A stretch of 64,000 nt of DNA, taken from positions 463 to 64,462 of the forward strand of contig JAUYDX010000042.1 of the NCBI GenBank assembly GCA_030691625.1. The letters are read 5' to 3'. Position 1 is the stretch's first letter, and every line of letters starts with the position of its first letter. Source of the DNA: Candidatus Omnitrophota bacterium (GTDB lineage Bacteria; Omnitrophota; Gorgyraeia; Gorgyraeales; Gorgyraeaceae). Made by a program: the position numbers and the translations under genes. The notes below the pieces were generated by a model. It did no database searches and had not been told where the DNA came from. It was given only the letters and a program-made list of their open reading frames with translations. Below, one piece after another: positions 54,001 through 63,000 of this stretch.

Positions 54001-57000
54001 TCTTTGACAAAAGAGGAAAAAGAAAATATTCTAAGATTCTGCAGGGATAAGCATAATAAGATACCGGAAATAGAGTCTGCGGCCATTGAAGCTGAAAAGG
54101 CCAGCGATGATGTATGGGAAAAGTTGCGTTATAACAGGAGGCGTGACCAGAAAACACTTGAGGATATCATAGATGAGCTGAACCAGCTTACCATAGGAGG
54201 CGTTAAGCAGGGATATAAGGATGTTTCATCGCTGGATGATGCTGTTAAAAAGGCCGCTAAAGGGCTTGGCTGGGATATGGTATTTAAAGGATGGTCAGAA
54301 TTAAAATATGAGGATAGGAAGTTATTGCTTAACGCGCTATCAAGGTATAAAGACCTTAATTATGGAGAGATATCAGAGCTTGCGCGTCAAAGCTGGAAAT
54401 TCGGATTTAATGAAGATAGATTAAATCAACTGTTAGTAACAGGAAATACATTACATAGATTGATAGAAGAGGGGCAAGCTGATGAAAGAGACAGGATTCG
54501 AGACAGATTCTTCAGATTCAAGAGATGGTCTGAATTATCTGATAAAGAAAAAACAGATGTAAAGAATGAAATAGAGAGATTGTCAGGTGAGCCGCAAATC
54601 ACAGAAAAAGACAAAAATGCATACAGAAAGATATTAGAATTAATTAGAGAGTCAGGCAATAGGAATAATGAGATAGAGCCTGCAAACCTTAAAGATATAC
54701 TTAAAACGCCTGAAATTAAACCTGATGGGAGCGAAGGCGAAAAAGAAGACCTTAATAAATACAGCTGGGCAAATGAGTTAAGAGAACATGGTAGATATGA
54801 TGCGGTTAAGGGGATAACTCTGGATATGATTTTTAACGGCCATTATGGGGCGCATATGCTATTTGGCGGGTCAGCTACGCGGCTTGGGCTCGGCGCCATG
54901 TATTTCATAAGTATAGCAGAAACCTGCAGGAAACTGGTTGAGATAAAAGAAAAGATAGGTCAGGGTAAAACACCCACTGATAATGAAAAGGTAATCTGGT
55001 CCAGTTTTATAAAATCCATACCGCATCCTGCAAAGCAGGAACGCGTAATAGAAAAGATACGTAAGTTCTTAAAAGAAAAAGATGAGGTTTTATATAAAGA
55101 TTCTGGTTTTAGTGAAGAAGATATAGCCGCTTACAGGCATCGCTTAGAAGAGTTGATAAGCGATGCGAGAAGGAAGGACGCCAATCCAAAGGCAGTAATG
55201 GCTCATATAAAGGATTTCTTAAACTCAACAGAGGTTAAAGAAAAAGGCTTGCCAGGCACGGGGATTGATCAGATAGCTATTTACAGGCAGAGTTTGGGAG
55301 AATTGATAAATAAGGCGGAGAGAAAAGACGCTAAGCCTGAAGCAGTAATAGCTGATGTACGCGGATTATTAAAAAAGATCCAGGAAAGTATTTCAGGTGA
55401 AGACCCTGGGTTAGGGCCTAATCAGATTATCGCTTACAGGATGCGCATAGAGGAATTGGCAAAGGCAGCTGGAAAGGCCGCGGATGAGATAAAAGCGATT
55501 ATAAATAAACAGGTATTAGTCCTGCATGTGAACGCTTCGCTTTTGCGCAAGATAACAGAAGACCTTAGAAAGAATGATTTCTACGGGTTTAACCCGGATA
55601 ATGTGTATGTGATACCTTCGCCCATGATTCTTGGCCACAGGCTTGGCAAAAGGCGCGGGGAATTTATCCTTGACCTGGACAGCCCAAGGCTTGTTGTGGG
55701 CCATGGAGAGGCATTTGAGCAGTTATTCCGCAAGGACCAGGTTTATCAGGCAGGCGAAGACGGGAAACCCGTAAAGGTAATGGGAAGATCAGCAGAAGAG
55801 ATACTTGAGGAAAAAGGCGTAGATGTCTTTTGCGCCCAGAGGATAAATAATCTTAAGATGTGGACAGACGAGGTCTTGACCCTTGAGGCTGTTATGCATT
55901 TTGCGGATGACCCAAACCTTGATCTACAGGTAATGCTGGTGGCTAATCCTACGCGCCAGAAAGGCGGTTCGTGGTCATATATAAGGGGAAATAATACCTA
56001 TGGCCTGGTGGAGTCGCTCAGCTTAAAGGCAAACGGCATCAAAGAAATACAGAACACCCCTCCAGAATCTTACAATGAGTTTACTAATTGGTATAGATTG
56101 AAACAGATAAAGAGCAGGTTAAATGTAAAGAGCGGCATAGAGCTGGTGCAGAGATATATCAAATATAAACCAGATGACAGCGAATATTATAAACTCAGGG
56201 ATGGATATGGCCCGCAGGCGCATACTGACGCTGTAACAAGCGATTTAACTCTAAATGAGAGGTTGCGTTGTAAAGCGGCGCAGAGGACACCGCAGGATGC
56301 TATAAATGATTTCAAGGAGCTGAAAAATTTAGAAGCGGCTATGAAGGCTGTGCTGGGATTCCTTAAGAAGAAAAAGGAACACGAAGGCAATCGTCAGCCG
56401 CCATCAGGGTCTGACACAACGCATAATGAGGAAACATTGGGAGGGACACAGGAGTCTCTTGGGAGCAATATGAATCTCGTACCTGTCATTATGTCTGTTC
56501 TCATGTCGCTTGCTGTATTCCTTGATAAAAAAGTTTTATTCCCGCTATACTCTAAAGAGCCCATAAGAGAGGAATTAAGGCCCAGCTGGCAGAATCTGAG
56601 CACTGATATCATTCCTTATGTTATCCTGTTCGCGGGTTTAGTCAGTTTTGCGTCATTTTCAACCACAATAGCGGCAATTATAGGCCTGGCTGTAATAGAA
56701 TCCTTAGGCTTAAGCAAGTCTGTCCCAGACAGGCTATTCCATACACTGGAGTTTATGTCAGGCGTTGCGTTTTTCTCTTTATTGACAGTTATTACCTTGT
56801 TTGTGACAGCCTTAATAATACGTCCTTTTGAAAAACCTTCTACAGAGGTTTTAAAGCCTGTAAACCAGCATTTCTGGCAAAGAAAGCCTATATGGGGCTT
56901 AATAGGCAGGGTTACATTCCAGGAATTATTCTACACAGGCGGCCTGATAAGCATTCCTTCGATTTTAATGGAGTCATCAGGATTTAAATCTTATTATGTG

Positions 57001-60000
57001 TATATGTCGAGGGTAATTCTTGTAATGTTTGGGGCGTGGATATTCGGAAGGTCTCATCAGAAGCTTATTTACTGGTCTAGTGACAAACCAGGCCTGGAAG
57101 AAAAGGAAGATACGACCTCAAGGCATAAGTTATTTTTCTCCACGCTGGGAATAGTTTTCAGAGGCCTGTATCTTATACCCGGCATCAATGCTTTAGTAGG
57201 GCTTTTTGGGGCTGTTTCCATGCATCTATTCTATGGAGTAAAGATAGCCCCATTCTTTAACCTGCCACAGGCCATTGACTCATCGCATGAACAATCTATC
57301 AATGAACGGCTTAGCTATTTATGCGAGGGTAGCGAAGCTATGAAAACAGCTATCAAAGGCGCTATTGTCAATGATTACTGGTCTTATGGCGATCCGCCAT
57401 TTAAGGTTACGGTTAGAGTTGATAAGGACGGCAAGATGATAGAGGACACAAAAAAACTGCATATAAACAGAAGGTTATTCGAAGGCCTGTTAAGCCATCT
57501 GCATGATAAAACAACAGGCGATATGTGGCGTTATATTACTATAGCATTATTGAAGTATCTTGAGACATCCTTCTTGAATTTAGACACTTATGACTTAAAG
57601 GCTTTGGCCAATCTAAAGCAGATCTACATTGGAAGGCCGTATAGCAAAGAATACAGGCGAGATCGCTTGAATCCGTTGTATCAGGATACAGAAAAGTTAA
57701 ATTATACCAGCGCGCTTGCGGCGCTGTATGTATATTATGAATCTTTCAATAGCGCGGCGTATTATGACTATCTAAATAGCAAGGGGGTTATCAGCGCTGA
57801 CATAGAAGACCTTGCTAAGGCTGTAAAAACAGATGGCTTCCTCAGCCTTACTCTTGGACGGATGGCTGATTTTATGTATAAGTGCGAAAGAGAAAATATA
57901 ATAACTGCTACGTTAGATGCTTTTCTACATGGGCGCAGAGGTTATATTGCAGAAGCAATTCAAGATATTGTAAGCGGGTATAGAGAAGAGAAATTTATGA
58001 AATATATGTATATATTAGCCGAAAGCGCGCCTGAGGAAAGATGGCATGACCTTATAAGTTTTTTCTGGGAGATAAAGACAAACCCAAACGAGCAGGTAAA
58101 AGAAGGAGAACTGGAATTTGCCAGGCCTTTCCAGTTATATGAAACTTTTATGAAAGATGAAGAGAGAAAGCCCAGTCATAATCCTGGAACAGAAAGTATC
58201 GCCAGCGGCGCATCCCTTAAGGCCTCGCTCAGAGATTTATTCGCAGGCAATAAGGAAATGCAGGCAATGATAGCAGATAGCGTTATTCATGGCGATTGGG
58301 GATTTGGAAAGCCTGCCGCTGAAGTTACAGTAAAGATAGGAGAGACGCCTGTCCTGAATATCAACGGTCAGCTGTTAGATGCTTTATTAAAGAAGATAGA
58401 AAAAGACAATAATCCTGAACATAAGAAGATCTGCCTGGCTACTATTATGGGCGTATTGAAACAGGAGAAGGCTCATATTGATAATATTAATGCCAATGCT
58501 TATGACTTAAAGGCCCTGGCAGGCATAAAGGAGGGCTTTAAAGAAGCGATGGGAATAGACCCTGATGCAGAAAGAGAGGAGACAAGAAAAATATCAGAGG
58601 CCAGGGCTGGTTTGCAGGTTAAATATGAAGAGATAGGTTATAGGATATTAGACAAAGAATATCGGGACCGGCAGATTCATTCTACTGCCATATATAATCT
58701 GGGAGAGGCATATTATAGAGAGGGAGATGAGTTATTGGGCCGTACATTGATGCAGATATCAGAGTTTAAGAAAGGCTGCGAGACAGGGAATGGCAGCGTG
58801 TCATATCCTGCGGCGCTTGATTTGGAAAAAGGCGAAAAGAAAAAAGAAGACAACAAGCACTGGGATATACCAAGGTCTATTGAAATAGCATCGCAAGACC
58901 CTGGTTTTGTAGATCATTTAAAGAATGACTCAGATAGAATGACAGTAGAAGAGGTTAAGCAGAGATTTAATATCCCTGAGCAGGAAAAAGTTAAAATGCC
59001 GGCCGAGCTCATCTTCGGCTCGGGAAGTGTTTCCGAGTCTGCCGCGCTAAGCAGTAACCATTGGTTTACAGATTTTTATCCTATTATATGGTTAAAAGAA
59101 AGATGGTCTGCAATCTGGAACCGCAGATCAAGTTTTCTGCAGGTATTGCCGCATATTGAATCGCCTGCAGTTTCTACGTCAACCAATGATTTACAGGCCG
59201 GACAGAAAATCCAGGAATTGCCGATAAGAGAGAGGATTAGAAAAGAAATCATGGCGCGTTCTGATATTGTCAGTTTTAATCCTACTAATGTCAGGGAACT
59301 ACAAGATAAGTTTAAAAACAAGAGCTCTGGGCCTGAGAAAATAGAAAAAATTGTCAGACGTTTATTAAAAACAAATGAAATAATAGAAGTATATGGCGGA
59401 AGATTAGTTGCGATTAAGACTAACGGGGAAGATAAATTAGGCGAGTTAATAAGGATAGGGATGCTTGTGAAATACCGCAGTCCCGAAGGGATAAAATATA
59501 TAACTGGAAAAGATCTGGAAATATTAAAAGCAAACAATAAAATTATAGCGGTGTCAACGGATGAAGAAGGATCCCTGGAATATATACTGGAGAGCGATTT
59601 GAATAAGTTTGAAGACATAATAGCGCTTCATTCTGCTGAGACTACAGGCAAGCCAGCTGAGCGAACAGTCAGTCCAAAGATTTCTTATTACCAGGCTGAT
59701 TTATTTTTCAAAATGTTCGAAGGCAAGTTTATAAAAATCGATAATCCTGCTACAGGCAAACCCAAATACATAGCATCTCAGGGAGAACACAAAAAGCCCT
59801 ACTTAAAAGAAATTAGGGATTCAAATAGGCGTAAGCTCGAGAAGATAGTTGGGAAAAAGCTGATGGTTAAAGAAAGCGACGCGGATTTAGAAAAAGAAAT
59901 AAAGGATTATATCGGTATTATAAGGAAAACATATACGATCCTGGACACTGTTTTTGGAGACAGGCCGGACGCAAAAACAGGAGAATACTTAAGCGACGCA

Positions 60001-63000
60001 GCATTAGACAGGACATTTGACACAAGCGACTTAGCCATAGCTAATAATTTGTTTGATTTTAATGCGCGCGAAAGCAGAGAAAAATATATTCAGTTACTCT
60101 GCGCAGCATTAATTTTAGATATACCCGACGAATCTCTCGCAGCGCTTTCCAGTAAAGAAACTGAGCCCATAAGAAGGCTCGCGAATAAGGTCAGATTCAT
60201 GGTAGACGGCATGCCTTATAAAAAGAATACCAAGGATGATTTTCATGCAGGCAAGTTTGAAACTATGATAGAAGATATGATTGAAACGCCAGAGGAACTT
60301 TTGCTTTATTTAGGAGCCAAGATCGATAAATTAAAATCTCATGCAAAAGCTTCTGCGCAGGTAAAATCCGATTATTATGATGAAATGAGGTTTATAGTAG
60401 CAGCTGTTGCTCAGCGTTATGGTTTAGTGGAATTGGCAAATGAAATAAAAGACAGGGTTTTTAAGGGTCTGGACAAAGATAATTATGAAGCGACTGTGGA
60501 AGCCAGGGATAAGAAAACCGGGATGGAGGAAAAGACTGCGCAGAGGTACATAGAAAGATTGGTCGGTGAATTGAAACAAGCCCTGCTTGGAGCAGGATTA
60601 AAAGCAGACATAGAGATCTACGGCCGTTTAAAGACGCCTGGCAGTATAGAACAGAAAAAAGGATTGAGGGGCTATGACTTTGATGATATGAGAGATCTGA
60701 TAGGGGTTAGGATCATTACAGAAAATGATCAAGATTGTTACGCGGTAATAGCTTTAATCAGGCAAATCTCCCATACAGAAACAGGAGAAAGGTCTTTTCT
60801 TGGCAAAGAAATATTAAAGGGATATGACGACTATATCGCAAAGCCCACAAAAGACGGATATAAAATGTTGCAGTTATGCGTGAACCATCCGATTGGTTTA
60901 AATGTTTCAAAATGGGGAATTATTGAAAACTCTTCGCAGTCGCAAACCATGCTTCCTATAGAGATACAGATCAGAAGCGCAGAAATGGAGAAGAAGGCGA
61001 AATACAGCAGTGATATCAGTGATCCTGTGAGAAATGCTAAACTAGCAGGCTATAAGTACTTTAAGAGCACAGGCTATGTGCCGGATATAGGCGTTGACTT
61101 AACGAGAAACATAAAAAATGTTAAGGAAAGTTTAAAAGAAGGCGATAAAGAACTGAGAGGTAAGGCCATATACTTACGTTTGCTGGAGAATAATGAAATA
61201 ATAAGGCTTTTGGAGACTCATGAAGGCCCTACGCCTGTAGACGCAATCTGCCACCGCAGGTATACAATGGATGATGTAGAAAGAGTGAATGGGATCACTA
61301 TAGTTACACGGGACGAAGATACAGAAGTTCCTAAAGAAATCAGTATCAGTTTGCTGGGAAAGGGCACGCAAAAAGTAAAAAATCTTCAGTACTTGGGGAA
61401 AAAATTACGCAGTGGAGATTCTATTGTAATAGAATATGTAAGAAAAGGAAGCGCTCGTATGCCCCTATTAGATTATCAGCCAGAACTTATACAAGCTTCT
61501 AATAATCTCAGGACGCAGGTATTATGCAGAAACTTAAAAGGTGGTTTAGACAAAGCTAAAGCGGAAGGAATAAAACTATTGCGCGAAGCAGGTATTATTA
61601 AAAATAAAAGAGATAAGAAGGTTTCAAGAGGCATAGAATCCGAATTGACTCCTATCGCGAGAAAGATTTGGGGCTTTCCAAAAGAAACATGGGAAGATGA
61701 ATTCTATGCAGCCGTAGGCACTCTTGTTAAAACAGGAAGCAATGTCAAAAGCTATGTTATTAATGTTAAAGATCTAGAAAACCTTGGTATAGCTCCTGTA
61801 AGCCTTTCAGGCTCTTCAGCAGCTTTAGCAGTTTCTTTAATCACCAGCGCCATACCTTTATCAGTAGCCTACAGCGTTTCCCAAGATATCCCGGAAATAG
61901 CTACTATAGCCATAGCCTTAGTCTCCCTGCCAGGGCTTATAACCAGCGCATTTTATCTAATACAGACAGGTTTCATAGCGTTCGCGAGGATATTGAATTA
62001 TCTTGTTAAAAGAGGCGTAATTCACGGGCCTCCAGGTTTTGGCCTTATACCAGAGTTTGAAGCTGCTATAAACGATCCTTCCTCAAAAGACCCTGCTTAT
62101 GTATCTCAAGACACGAAGCTTTATGTAAATAAGGCCTTAATGAGACTGATGCCTCAATGGATGCAGGGGCAAATCCTGATACACGAACAAATCCACCAGA
62201 ATGATATAGCCGGACATAGAAACCCAAGCGAAATAAGGGCATATCTAATGCCTGTCATGGAAAGTATCTCATGGCCGAAAGAAAAGTTCGCAAACATCCA
62301 GGGGAAAGTAAGATTTGAATTTTTAGCCGTTGTTATGATGTTTGGGATAGCCCTGGGGACTGTATATTATTTAGGCCATAAAGGACCTGATGCCTCAAAG
62401 GCAGAGCAGCATTATATTCTTGACAGCCAGGCAAAGTTATACAGCGAGCTTAGCAGAATAAACGAAGCAGAGGAAATAGCCGGCCATTATTATATGGGCC
62501 AGGATGGGAAATATCATATAACTGTTGAGGAAAGAGGCAGCGCTCGCTCTGTGTCCCCGGCTTCTCCTGAATTAAACGCGCATAATTTCCATGCCCATCC
62601 ATCGGAAAGCGCGACAAGCCCTCTGCATAAAACTCCGAGCCTGGCAGATCTATATGTTGTTATCGGGGACGCAAGGCAGGAGGACATAACAGTAACAGAG
62701 CCAGGCAGGTTTATAAAACTGGTAAATAACTCCACTGAGAGTAATCAGCCGTTTAAACGCCTGTACGTAGAGATCTACGACCGCGTAAAACAGGAAGTCG
62801 CGAAAATGGACCTGGATGAATATAATTCCGCGCAGATGCGGCAAGTATTAGCAACATATTTATTGAAGAAGGCCTTGTTCGAAAGGATTGAGGCTTTATT
62901 TAAGACTATTGCGCCAGATAATCCTGGAGCATCTGTATTTGATTTAGGCGAAGAAGACCGCAGGCTGGAATTACATGTTAATTCGTTTCCTTTTATAGCA

